64,000 nt of DNA from an uncultured bacterium. GTDB taxonomy: Bacteria > Verrucomicrobiota > Lentisphaeria > Victivallales > UBA1829. The stretch covers positions 879-64,878 of the forward strand of contig CACWOL010000009.1 of assembly GCA_902762495.1 (NCBI GenBank). The letters are read 5' to 3'. The notes under the pieces are model-generated. The model made no database searches. It was not told the origin of the DNA and saw only the letters and a list, made by a program, of their open reading frames with translations. Position numbers and translations under genes: made by a program. Shown piece after piece: positions 18,306-26,662 of the stretch (its first letter is position 1; every line of letters begins with the position of its first letter).

Positions 18306-19395
18306 AGTGGCGCTCGCGGAGCCAGGCTTCGACGAACTGGTCCAGGTCGCCGTCGAGCACGGCGGCGGTGTTGCCGGTCTCGACGCCGGTGCGGAGGTCC
18401 TTCACCATCTGGTACGGCTGAAGCACGTAGGAACGGATCTGGTTGCCCCAGGAATTGTCGGTCTTCTCGCCGGAGATCTGCGCCGCCTGCTGACGGCGTT
18501 TTTCCTCCTCGAGTTCGTACAGGCGCGCCTTCAGCATCTGCATCGCCATCGCGCGGTTCTTGTGCTGGGAGCGTTCCACCTGGCAGGAGACGACCACGCC
18601 AGTCGGCAGGTGGGTGATGCGGACGGCGCTGTCGGTACGGTTCACGTACTGGCCGCCCGCGCCGGACGCGCGGTAGGTGTCGACGCGGAGGTCCTTCTCG
18701 TCGATCTCGATGTCGATCTCGTCCTCGATCTCGGGGAAGGCGTCGACGGATGCGAACGAGGTGTGGCGGCGCGCGTTGGCGTCGAACGGGGAGATTCGGA
18801 CGAGGCGGTGCACGCCGCGTTCGGCGCGCATGTAGCCGTAGACGAATTCGCCGGTGACCTTCAGGACGGCGCTCTTGATGCCGGCTTCATCGCCGGGCTG
18901 CATGTCGATGATCTCGTCCTGGAATCCGCGGCGTTCAAACCAGCGGCGGTACATGCGGAGCAGGATGCTGGCCCAGTCGCAGGACTCGGTGCCGCCCGCG
19001 CCCGCGTGGATGTACACGAAGCTGTTGCAGCGGTCGAACTTGCCGGAAAGGAAGCTCACGATCTCAAGCTTGGAAAGCCCGGCTTCGAGCTTGGTCCAGG
19101 CGTCGTCGGATTCCTCCAGGAACGACGGGTCCTCCTCGGCGAGTTCGGCGATCGCGAGGAAGTCGTCGGCTTCGCGTTTGAGCTTGTTGAAGGGCTCCAC
19201 GATGTTCTTGCAGGAGGAGAGCTTCTGCACGGTCGCCTGCGCCTTTTCCTTGTCGTCCCAGAAATCGTTCTGCGCCATGGTCTTTTCGATTTCGGCGATC
19301 TGCGCCAGCGTCTCGTCCACGTGCAGGTAGTTCGACAGCTTCGACAGGCGTTCGGTCAGGTCCGCGCCGTGAGCTTTGATCTCGTCAATGGTCAT
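18304..19395 (-). CDS. prfB: peptide chain release factor 2 (uninterrupted reading frame)
   Basis: SPF tripeptide (RISPFDANARRHTSF) and GGQ (SGAGGQYVNRTDSAVR). The N-terminus DLTERLSKLSNYLHVDE is colinear with E. coli RF2 across the usual frameshift site. Confidence 0.95.
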   Translation of the reverse strand: MTIDEIKAHGADLTERLSKLSNYLHVDETLAQIAEIEKTMAQNDFWDDKEKAQATVQKLSSCKNIVEPFNKLKREADDFLAIAELAEEDPSFLEESDDAWTKLEAGLSKLEIVSFLSGKFDRCNSFVYIHAGAGGTESCDWASILLRMYRRWFERRGFQDEIIDMQPGDEAGIKSAVLKVTGEFVYGYMRAERGVHRLVRISPFDANARRHTSFASVDAFPEIEDEIDIEIDEKDLRVDTYRASGAGGQYVNRTDSAVRITHLPTGVVVSCQVERSQHKNRAMAMQMLKARLYELEEEKRRQQAAQISGEKTDNSWGNQIRSYVLQPYQMVKDLRTGVETGNTAAVLDGDLDQFVEAWLRERH

Positions 19396-19413
19396 TCGTT
19401 GTCTCCGGAGTGA

Positions 19414-20076
19414 TTATGCCAGGCTGCGCACGAGCGCGACGGCGTCGGCGACGGCCTGTCCGATGGCGTCCCAGTTTCCGGCGCGCATGTCGGCGGTCTT
19501 GCCGAGCCAGGTTCCGCCGACGGCCGCGATCTCCGGGACCGCCAGGTATTCCGCCGCGTTCGCGCTCGTCACGCCGCCAGTGGGCATGAAGCGGACGCCG
19601 AGGTGCTTATAGGGCGCGATCAGGGATTTCAGGAACTTTACGCCGCCCGCGGCTTCCGCCGGGAAATATTTCAGGAAACGGCAGCCCAGCTCCATGGCCT
19701 GTTCCGCCTCGGACGGGGTGCACACGCCCGGCGCGAACGGGAATCCGCATTTCACGGCTTCCTTCACGACGGTCGGGTTGAAGCCCGGCGCCACGGCGAA
19801 CTTCGCGCCCGCCTCGAACGCCCGGTGCAGGTCGCGCACATTCAGCACGGTGCCCGCGCCCAGGTAGAGGCCGGGGAACTCCTTCGCGGCCGCGCGGATC
19901 ACGCTCTCGGCGGCTTCGGTGCGGAACGTGATCTCGGCCGCCGGGAGCTGTTTTTCCTGGAGGACCGAGCACATTTTGAGGCCGTCTTCGAGGTTGTCGA
20001 GGACCAGGACCGGGACGATCCGGATCGCGCTCAGACGGTCAAGCGCGGCTTTGACGTTCTGCTGAAAAAGTTCCAT
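19414..20076 (-). CDS. eda: 2-dehydro-3-deoxyphosphogluconate / 4-hydroxy-2-oxoglutarate aldolase
   Basis: Family-typical blocks VPVLV, AEITFRT, GAGTVLN, FAVAPG and MPTGGV. Confidence 0.9.
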   Translation of the reverse strand: MELFQQNVKAALDRLSAIRIVPVLVLDNLEDGLKMCSVLQEKQLPAAEITFRTEAAESVIRAAAKEFPGLYLGAGTVLNVRDLHRAFEAGAKFAVAPGFNPTVVKEAVKCGFPFAPGVCTPSEAEQAMELGCRFLKYFPAEAAGGVKFLKSLIAPYKHLGVRFMPTGGVTSANAAEYLAVPEIAAVGGTWLGKTADMRAGNWDAIGQAVADAVALVRSLA

Positions 20077-20137
20077 GGTAGTTTGCCTTTCCTGTATGTA
20101 AATTGTTCGTTGTTGCTTGTTTCGAGGTTCGGCCCGC

Positions 20138-21469
20138 TCATTTCTTCTTCAGGACGAGCTTCGCCGGAGCGCCGTTCACGGTCTCGCCCGTGATGACGCA
20201 TTCCTTCACGTCCTGGCGGGACGGCACGTCGTACATCACGTCCAGCATGATGTCCTCCATGATGGAGCGGAGGCCGCGTGCGCCCGTGCCCTTCTCGTAG
20301 GCTTTCTTCGCGAGCGCGGCGATGGCTTCGTCCGTGAAGGACAGCTTCACGCCCTCCATTTCCATGAGGGTCGTGTACTGGCGCACGATCGAGTTCTTCG
20401 GTTCGGTCAGGATGCGTTTCAGCGCCTCCTCGTCGAGCGGGGTGAGCGCGGCCGTAACGGGCATGCGGCCCATGAACTCGGGGATCATGCCGAAATGCAC
20501 GAAGTCTTCGGGTTCGACGGCGGACAGCGGCGATTCGAGCAGGAGCTTGTTCTCCGCCTCGGTGCGCTTGTCCTCCTCGCTGGCGTTCTCCGTGCCCTGT
20601 GTGAAGCCGAGCACGTGACGGCCCACGCGGCGCTGGACGATCTTGTCCAGGCCGACGAACGCGCCGCCGCAGATGAAGAGGATGTTCGAGGTGTCGACGT
20701 GCAGGTATTCCTGCTGCGGGTGCTTGCGGCCGCCCTTCGGCGGGACGTTGGAGATCGTGCCTTCGAGGATCTTCAGGAGGGCCTGCTGGACGCCTTCGCC
20801 GGAGACGTCGCGCGTGATGGAGACGTTCTGGCTCTTCTTCGCGATCTTGTCGATCTCGTCGACGTAGATGATGCCGACCTGCGCGCGGTCGAGGTCGTAG
20901 TCAGCGGCCTGCACGAGGCGAAGGATGATGTTTTCCACGTCCTCGCCCACGTACCCGGCTTCCGTCAGGGTCGTGGCGTCGGTGATGCAGAACGGCACGT
21001 CGAGCATCTTCGCGAGGGTGCGGGCGATGAGCGTCTTGCCGCTTCCGGTGGGGCCGATCAGCAGGACGTTGCTCTTGTCGAGGTCGACGTCGGAGGCGTC
21101 GTAGAGATTTTTCGATTTCAGGCGGTTGTAGTGGTTGTGTACGGCCACGGACAGGATCTTCTTCGCCTGCTCCTGGCCAATCACGTAACGGTCGAGTTCG
21201 GCTTTGATGTCGGCGGGCGTCGGCACGTTCAGGTGGTCCACGAACGACGGCAGACGGCCGGATTTCTCGGCGGAGTCCTCAAATCCGTCATCTTCCGCGG
21301 ATGGGGCGGATTTCTGGTTCGCACCGGGAAATCCGTTCCGGCTGAACAATGTGTCGCAGATGGACACGCAGTTGCGGCAGATGGAAGCGCCGCTCGGGCC
21401 GGTCAGCAGGCCGCCCTTCACTTCGCTTTCCTGACGGCCGCAGAAAGAACAGCGTTCGGGTTTCTTCAT
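20138..21469 (-). CDS. clpX: ATP-dependent Clp protease ATP-binding subunit ClpX
   Basis: N-terminal zinc-binding CSFCG...CRNC, Walker A GPTGSGKT, and the ClpX-typical remainder. Confidence 0.97.
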   Translation of the reverse strand: MKKPERCSFCGRQESEVKGGLLTGPSGASICRNCVSICDTLFSRNGFPGANQKSAPSAEDDGFEDSAEKSGRLPSFVDHLNVPTPADIKAELDRYVIGQEQAKKILSVAVHNHYNRLKSKNLYDASDVDLDKSNVLLIGPTGSGKTLIARTLAKMLDVPFCITDATTLTEAGYVGEDVENIILRLVQAADYDLDRAQVGIIYVDEIDKIAKKSQNVSITRDVSGEGVQQALLKILEGTISNVPPKGGRKHPQQEYLHVDTSNILFICGGAFVGLDKIVQRRVGRHVLGFTQGTENASEEDKRTEAENKLLLESPLSAVEPEDFVHFGMIPEFMGRMPVTAALTPLDEEALKRILTEPKNSIVRQYTTLMEMEGVKLSFTDEAIAALAKKAYEKGTGARGLRSIMEDIMLDVMYDVPSRQDVKECVITGETVNGAPAKLVLKKK

Positions 21470-21472
21470 GGA

Positions 21473-22108
21473 TCAGTTCCCCTTGACTTTGAGGGCGGCG
21501 ACGTCCGCGCGGGGCGGCAGGACATGGTCAACGAGGCCGTAGGCCACGGCTTCCTCGGCGGACATGAAATAGTCGCGCTCGGTGTCGCGTTCGATCTTCT
21601 TCAGCGTCTGGCCGGAGTGCTTCGCGAGGATGGTGTTCAGCGCGGCCTTCGTGCGCAGGATTTCCTTCGTGTGGATTTCGATGTCCGTCGCCTGGCCTTC
21701 GGCGCCGCCGAGGACCTGGTGGATCATGATGCGCGCGGACGGCAGGGCGTAGCGTTTGCCCTGCGTGCCGGCGGCCAGCAGCACGGCGGCCATGGACGCG
21801 GCCTGGCCCATGCAGAACGTGCAGACGTCGCACGGGAGCGACTGGATCGTGTCGTAGATTGCGAGACCGGCGGTGACTACGCCGCCCGGAGAGTTGATGT
21901 AGATGGAGATGTCCTTCTTCGGATCCTCGCTCTTCAGAAAGAGGAGTTCTGCCACGACCAGGTTCGCGATGGCGTCGTCGATGGGGTCGCCCAGCAGGAT
22001 GATGCGGTCGCGGAGCAGCCGGGAATAGATGTCGTAGGAACGTTCGCCGCTTCCGGTCTGTTCGACGACGATGGGCACGAGGGTGTTTCGGGTTCCGGTC
22101 GGTTTCAT
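21473..22108 (-). CDS. clpP: ATP-dependent Clp protease proteolytic subunit
   Basis: [27 protein letters not shown] (Ser) and IMIHQ (His). The start at 22108 is chosen for its AAGGAG at 9-nt spacing; upstream in-frame ATGs at 22117 and 22147 remain possible. Confidence 0.93.
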   Translation of the reverse strand: MKPTGTRNTLVPIVVEQTGSGERSYDIYSRLLRDRIILLGDPIDDAIANLVVAELLFLKSEDPKKDISIYINSPGGVVTAGLAIYDTIQSLPCDVCTFCMGQAASMAAVLLAAGTQGKRYALPSARIMIHQVLGGAEGQATDIEIHTKEILRTKAALNTILAKHSGQTLKKIERDTERDYFMSAEEAVAYGLVDHVLPPRADVAALKVKGN

Positions 22109-22269
22109 GGTTGTCATCTCCTTGTCTTCTGTTCGATTCTCTGTCAAAAACGCACGGCCTTCGTGCTTCTTTCGACGCGCAAAGGCCGGTCATTCTGCTG
22201 GCGGGAATGGCCAGACTTTATGGTACGCGCCGGGAGGGACCTGCATCCCTCCGGCGTTCTGTTCGTTTT

Positions 22270-23598
22270 TTACTTCGCGGCGGCTTTCATGCGGCGTTCC
22301 GCGAGCACGCCGAGGGTCTTCTCGACGAGGAGCTCGATCTCAAGCTCGTTGAGACGGCCGGTGCGCTGGAGGATTTCGGCGAGGCGGGCGGGCTCCATAC
22401 GGGTCTGCTGCGCCATGTTCTGGATGGCCTGGGCAACTTCCTGTTCGGAGAGCTTGACCTCTTCCTGCTTGGCGATCTTGCGCATGATGAAATTCTTGCG
22501 GAGCTGGTCGGCGGCTTTCTTCTTCGCCTCGTCCATGTGCTGGTCCTTCTCGGCTTCGAACTTCTCAAGGGCTTCCTTGTCCTGTCCGACGGCATACTGG
22601 AGCAGCTTGTATTCGTTGTCCGTGGCGGTCTCGAGGGACTTCTTCGGCAGATCGAACTGCGGAGCCTTTTCGAGGATGGCGGCCTGGATGGATTCCATCG
22701 TCTTGGAGCGGGTCATGATCTCGGCCTGACGGGCGGCGAGGTCGTGGTAGAACTTGGTCAGCTCTTCGGCGGACTTGAATTCCATCTTCTCGGCGAGCTT
22801 CGCCATGTCTTCGATCGGTTCGCGGCGCTGGCCGTCGTGGACTTTCATCTTGTAGGTGACCTTTTTGCCGCGGAGGCCTTCCTCGCGCCAGTCGGCGGGA
22901 AATTCGGCGGTGAAAGAACGTTCTTCGCCGACGGTCGCGCCGGTCATGGCGGCGTTCACGCCGGGGATCATTTCCTGACCGATCAGGTAGATCCAGGCGG
23001 AATCGTTCTTGACCGCGCGCTTCAGGGAATCGGAGGCGTCTTCGGGGAGCGCGAAATCGCTCTCGTAGGAGACGTGGAGCATGTCGCCTTCCTTGGCGGC
23101 GTCGGTGATGGGCACGAAGCTGCTGTACTGGGCCTTGGCGCGTTCGATGAGGTCCGCCTCGATCTTGGCGGCGTCTTCGGCGGCCGCGACTTCTCCGAGA
23201 TCCTTGTAGTCCGGGAGCTCGAACTCGGGCGCGATCTCGAAATCGCACTTCATCGTGAATTCCTTGCCCTCTTCGAGCGTTCCTTCGGGTTCGAGCTTGC
23301 TGTAGGAGATGATGTCGAGCTCGTCGGCCTTCTTGGAGAGCAGATCATAGGCGGCGACCTGGATCAGGCGACCGGCTTCCTCGTCGACATAGCCTTTATA
23401 GCGGGCCTTCACCATGGCGAGCGGGGCCTTGCCGGGACGGAATCCGGGGATCTGCGCCTTGCGGGCGACGGCCTTCGCCGCATTCAGGAAGAGATCGGCG
23501 GAAGCCTCGGCGGGGAGCACGAATTTCGCGTCGCGTCCGCAGACGTCGGTGTCGGTGATGGTGAGGGTGAATTGTTCTTTCCAGCTGGGAGTGGACAT
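22270..23598 (-). CDS. tig: trigger factor
   Basis: GFRPGKAPLAMV ribosome-binding signature, 442 aa, adjacent to clpP-clpX. Confidence 0.93.
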   Translation of the reverse strand: MSTPSWKEQFTLTITDTDVCGRDAKFVLPAEASADLFLNAAKAVARKAQIPGFRPGKAPLAMVKARYKGYVDEEAGRLIQVAAYDLLSKKADELDIISYSKLEPEGTLEEGKEFTMKCDFEIAPEFELPDYKDLGEVAAAEDAAKIEADLIERAKAQYSSFVPITDAAKEGDMLHVSYESDFALPEDASDSLKRAVKNDSAWIYLIGQEMIPGVNAAMTGATVGEERSFTAEFPADWREEGLRGKKVTYKMKVHDGQRREPIEDMAKLAEKMEFKSAEELTKFYHDLAARQAEIMTRSKTMESIQAAILEKAPQFDLPKKSLETATDNEYKLLQYAVGQDKEALEKFEAEKDQHMDEAKKKAADQLRKNFIMRKIAKQEEVKLSEQEVAQAIQNMAQQTRMEPARLAEILQRTGRLNELEIELLVEKTLGVLAERRMKAAAK

Positions 23599-23701
23599 GT
23601 TTGTCTTGCCTTCGTGATTGGTTATCTGAATGTTTTGTCGGTAACGGATCCGGATTGCCCGCCGCGGAAGCGTGGGCGTTCACAGAAAGATGCGAGTATG
23701 T

Positions 23702-23730
23702 AATATACACCCTTTCTTCCTGATTTTCAA
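23702..23730 (-). promoter_or_regulatory. sigma70-type promoter (TTGAAA-N17-TATATTAC) for tig
   Basis: The minus strand reads TTGAAA atcaggaagaaagggtg TATATT AC, giving a ~100-nt 5' UTR. Confidence 0.55.
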
Positions 23731-23753
23731 TCCGCTTTCCGGCTTTTTTCTAA

Positions 23754-24617
23754 CTATTTCGACCGGAAGCGCGCGGCGACGAACGACACCGCGAACATCG
23801 CGCACGCCAGCAGGACGATCGCCGCGCCGGCGGGCACGTTCGCCCACGGCTGCGCCGAGATCAGCAGCCCGCCTGCGCAGCTGATGTAACTGAAGACCAG
23901 CGACAGGAAGAACAGCTGGCGCGAATTGCGCGCGAAATTCCGCGCGGTCGCCGCCGGGACGATCAGGATCGCCGTCACCAGCAGGACGCCCACGGCGCGC
24001 ACGCACAGGATCACCACCAGCGACAGCAGCGCCGCGAAAAGATACTGGTACACGGACACCTTGATCCGATGAACCCCGGCGATCTGTTCGTTCACGGAGA
24101 TGTGGAGCATGCGGTTCCATGCGAAGAACTGGAACGCCAGGAACGCGACGAGCAGGACGGCCAGAAGCGCGATCTCGTAGTCGTCGATCGTGAGGATGTC
24201 GCCGTACAGGAACATGTTCACGCCGCGCGACGCCTCGCGGTTCCGGCTCACGATCGCGAGTCCGAATGCCACCACGGCGGAGAAGATGATGCCGATCACC
24301 GTGTCCGTGGAAAGGCGGCTCCCGCGCCGCAGATACATGATGAAGAGTCCGATCACGAGCGCCAGACCCGGCATCGTGAATTCGACCGGGAGCGAACAGA
24401 TCAACCCGAGTGCGACGCCGGCGAACGCCGAGTGCCCGATGGCGTCGGAGAAAAACGACATGCGGGAGTTCACGACCTGCACGCCGGAGAGCGCGGCGAG
24501 CGGGGCGATCAGGAGCAGGCCGAGCATCGCGCGGCGCATGAATTCCGGTCCCATGCAGTCCAGCGGGAACAGCATGGCGGCGAGGTCGGAAAGCCGGAGG
24601 ACAAGTTCATTCAGCAT
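23754..24617 (-). CDS. metal (Zn/Mn) ABC transporter permease, ZnuB/TroCD-like
   Basis: Polytopic membrane protein with the SDAIGHSAFAGVALG block. The ATG at 24617 has a GGAGG RBS and overlaps the ATPase gene end by 11 nt. Confidence 0.88.
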   Translation of the reverse strand: MLNELVLRLSDLAAMLFPLDCMGPEFMRRAMLGLLLIAPLAALSGVQVVNSRMSFFSDAIGHSAFAGVALGLICSLPVEFTMPGLALVIGLFIMYLRRGSRLSTDTVIGIIFSAVVAFGLAIVSRNREASRGVNMFLYGDILTIDDYEIALLAVLLVAFLAFQFFAWNRMLHISVNEQIAGVHRIKVSVYQYLFAALLSLVVILCVRAVGVLLVTAILIVPAATARNFARNSRQLFFLSLVFSYISCAGGLLISAQPWANVPAGAAIVLLACAMFAVSFVAARFRSK

Positions 24618-25527
24618 GGCCGGCCTCCGTTCCGTGGTCGTGAGTATGATCGTGCGCGTGGTCGTGGCCGCAGGAACATCCGTGCGCGCCGTCGATATGG
24701 CAATGGTCGTGCAGATGCAGGTGTTCATTGCGGAGCGGACAGTTTTCGGGGCATTCGCGCACGTCCTGCGGGATGCCGTGCAGGTCGGGGAGACCGAGGT
24801 GCAGGCCGAACGTTTCGGACAGCACCTGATGGGTCAGCGCCACGCGCGGCTCGCCCTCGCCGAACACCGTATGGTTCAGGCAGATCACATGGTCGGCGTG
24901 CGCGGTCACGGTCGCCAGGTCGTGGCTGATCATGATCTGCGTGAATCCGCGTTTTTCGCGGACGCGCCGCAGGAGTTCGCAGCAAATCTGCCCGCCCTTG
25001 AAGTCGACCCCGGAGGTCGGTTCGTCCAGGATCAGGATGTCCGGTTCCTGAAGCAGCGCCTGCGCGAGCAGGACGCGCTGAATCTCGCCGCCGGAGAGCG
25101 CGCCGAACGTATGGTCGGCCAGAGCGGTGCATTCCACTTCGTCCAAATACTGCATGATGCGTTTCACATGGCGTTTGGAGTGTCCCAGGAAGAGCGGCAT
25201 GCGCTGAAGCCCGGAGAGCAGGTAGTCCATGACGGTCATCGGGATGTCGCGGTCGAACACCAGCCGCTGCGGCACGAATCCGAACCGAGGCTTCCGTCCG
25301 GCTTCGTCAAGTCCGGGAAACAGCACCTTGCCGGCATGTTTGATCTGGCCGAGAATCGCGAGCGTGAGCGTGGTCTTGCCCGCGCCGTTCGGGCCGACGA
25401 TGGCCGTGAACTTGCCGCGCGGGACGTGCGCGCAAACGTCGTCCAGGATGCGGTTTTCACCGAGGGTCAGGCCGACGTGTTCGAAACGGACCGCATCGGC
25501 AGGTGCTGTTTCCGAGGGGGAGATCAT
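24607..25527 (-). CDS. metal ABC transporter ATP-binding protein (ZnuC-like) with His/Cys-rich C-terminal tail
   Basis: Walker A GPNGAGKTT, signature LSGGEIQR and Walker B ILILDEP. A 48-aa tail follows: CPENCP...HLHLHDHCHIDGAHGCSCGHDHAHDHTHDHG. Confidence 0.9.
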   Translation of the reverse strand: MISPSETAPADAVRFEHVGLTLGENRILDDVCAHVPRGKFTAIVGPNGAGKTTLTLAILGQIKHAGKVLFPGLDEAGRKPRFGFVPQRLVFDRDIPMTVMDYLLSGLQRMPLFLGHSKRHVKRIMQYLDEVECTALADHTFGALSGGEIQRVLLAQALLQEPDILILDEPTSGVDFKGGQICCELLRRVREKRGFTQIMISHDLATVTAHADHVICLNHTVFGEGEPRVALTHQVLSETFGLHLGLPDLHGIPQDVRECPENCPLRNEHLHLHDHCHIDGAHGCSCGHDHAHDHTHDHGTEAGHAE

Positions 25528-26546
25528 TCGACAAGCGCCTTTTTCATGATTTCGAGGTTATTGTGCATCACATCGAAATAATATCCGGCGGGCGGGTCGG
25601 CGGGGCCGGACGCCACCGGGTCGATCTTCACGACGGCGGCTCCGGTCTCCTTGCCGATGAGCTTGGCGAGTTCGTCCGGGTACTGCGGCTCCGTGAAGAT
25701 GACCTTCACGCCGTGCTCCTTGAATTCTTTCGTCATGGCCGTGATCTCGGCGGGCGAGGGGGGCGTTTCGGGATCGGCGAAGATTGCGAGCGGCGTCTCG
25801 AATCCGCAGTCGCGCAGGAGGTAATCGAAGACGTTGTGCTGGGCGGCGACGTGCTTGGACGAGTACGGTTCGAGCTGCGCCTTGAACTCGTCGCCGAGGA
25901 TTTGGAGACGTTTGTCGAGCTTGGCTGCGTTTTCACGGAACTTGTTCGCGTGGAGAATGTCGGCCTTCGCGAGTTCATCGGTGATCGTCGCGACGATCTT
26001 CCGCGCCTCGTACGGGCTGGCGAAGAAATGGCCGTTCTCGCCGTCGTGATGGTGGTGATGATGGCCTTCCTCCTCGTGTTCGTCGTGGTCGTCCTCGCCT
26101 TCGTGCTCTTCGTCGTGATCGTCTTCGGCATCGTGGTCATGGTCGTCGTCATCGTCGCCGATCACTTCGATCCCTGCGCCAGTGTCGATCACCACGATGC
26201 CTTTGCCCGCACTCAAAGCCGCCTTGCAGATGTGGTCGTCGAGGCCCGCGCCGTTCTTGAACAGCATGAGCGGCTTGCGGGCGGCGGAGACCTTCATAAG
26301 GTCGTTCGGGGTCAGGACGTAGTCGTGGGGGCATCCGGCGTCCGGCGGGGTCAGAAGTTCGACCTCGATCCCGGTCCCATCTGCGACTTCCCGGGTCAGC
26401 ACCCAGATCGGGTACGTGGTCGCGGCGACGCCGTAGCCTTCCGAGGACGTGGTATGTACCGCCGATGTGATCTTTCCGGGCAGGAAGTACAGGACGGCGC
26501 ACAGCGCGATGAGCGCGAGCAGAAAACTGATGGTAAAAAATTTCAT
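25524..26546 (-). CDS. metal ABC transporter substrate-binding protein (ZnuA-like) with long His/Asp/Glu-rich loop
   Basis: Cluster-9 SBP-like sequence with the loop DDDDDHDHDAEDDHDEEHEGEDDHDEHEEEGHHHHHH (nt 26028-26159). The ATG at 26546 has an AGGAG RBS. Confidence 0.88.
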   Translation of the reverse strand: MKFFTISFLLALIALCAVLYFLPGKITSAVHTTSSEGYGVAATTYPIWVLTREVADGTGIEVELLTPPDAGCPHDYVLTPNDLMKVSAARKPLMLFKNGAGLDDHICKAALSAGKGIVVIDTGAGIEVIGDDDDDHDHDAEDDHDEEHEGEDDHDEHEEEGHHHHHHDGENGHFFASPYEARKIVATITDELAKADILHANKFRENAAKLDKRLQILGDEFKAQLEPYSSKHVAAQHNVFDYLLRDCGFETPLAIFADPETPPSPAEITAMTKEFKEHGVKVIFTEPQYPDELAKLIGKETGAAVVKIDPVASGPADPPAGYYFDVMHNNLEIMKKALVE

Positions 26547-26576
26547 AAACTCTCCTTGAAGCAAAAGCAGTCAAAT

Positions 26577-26604
26577 ACTATACACGAAAAGGGAAAAAAA
26601 GCAA
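26577..26604 (-). promoter_or_regulatory. possible promoter (TTGCTT-N16-TATAGT) for the znu-like operon
   Basis: The minus strand reads TTGCTT tttttcccttttcgtg TATAGT. The -35 overlaps the T-run of the upstream terminator. Confidence 0.4.
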
Positions 26605-26640
26605 GCGTCCCGGCCAACATTCTTTCCGATGGTCGGGACG
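26594..26640 (-). terminator. rho-independent terminator after the TPR paralog 1 gene
   Basis: The minus strand reads CGTCCCGACCA-loop-TGGCCGGGACG (11-bp stem, one mismatch), followed by cttgcTTTTTTT. Confidence 0.55.
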
Positions 26641-26662
26641 TATGTTGTGTGCAAAGATATGT

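Noticed and set aside
19300-19395. Looked for the programmed +1 frameshift site (CUU UGA C) expected near codon 25 of prfB
   Set aside because: The RF2 frame is continuous from MTIDEIKAHG through the region aligned with the E. coli frameshift site (..LSNYLHVDE..). The gene simply lacks autoregulatory frameshifting, as in a minority of bacteria. It is not a pseudogene and not novel.
22148-22269. Hairpin CGCCGGGAGGGA..TCCCTCCGGCG between tig and clpP, considered as a terminator
   Set aside because: On the transcribed (minus) strand it is not followed by a U-run; the T-run lies on the non-relevant strand. It may be an attenuator or processing structure, but it cannot be supported from sequence alone.
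25733-26152. 139-aa Thr/Arg/Ser-rich ORF (MTTTMTTMPKTITTKSTK...) inside the ZnuA-like gene
   Set aside because: It is an out-of-frame reading of the GAT/GAC/CAC-rich His/Asp loop region. Its low complexity arises from the repeat itself.
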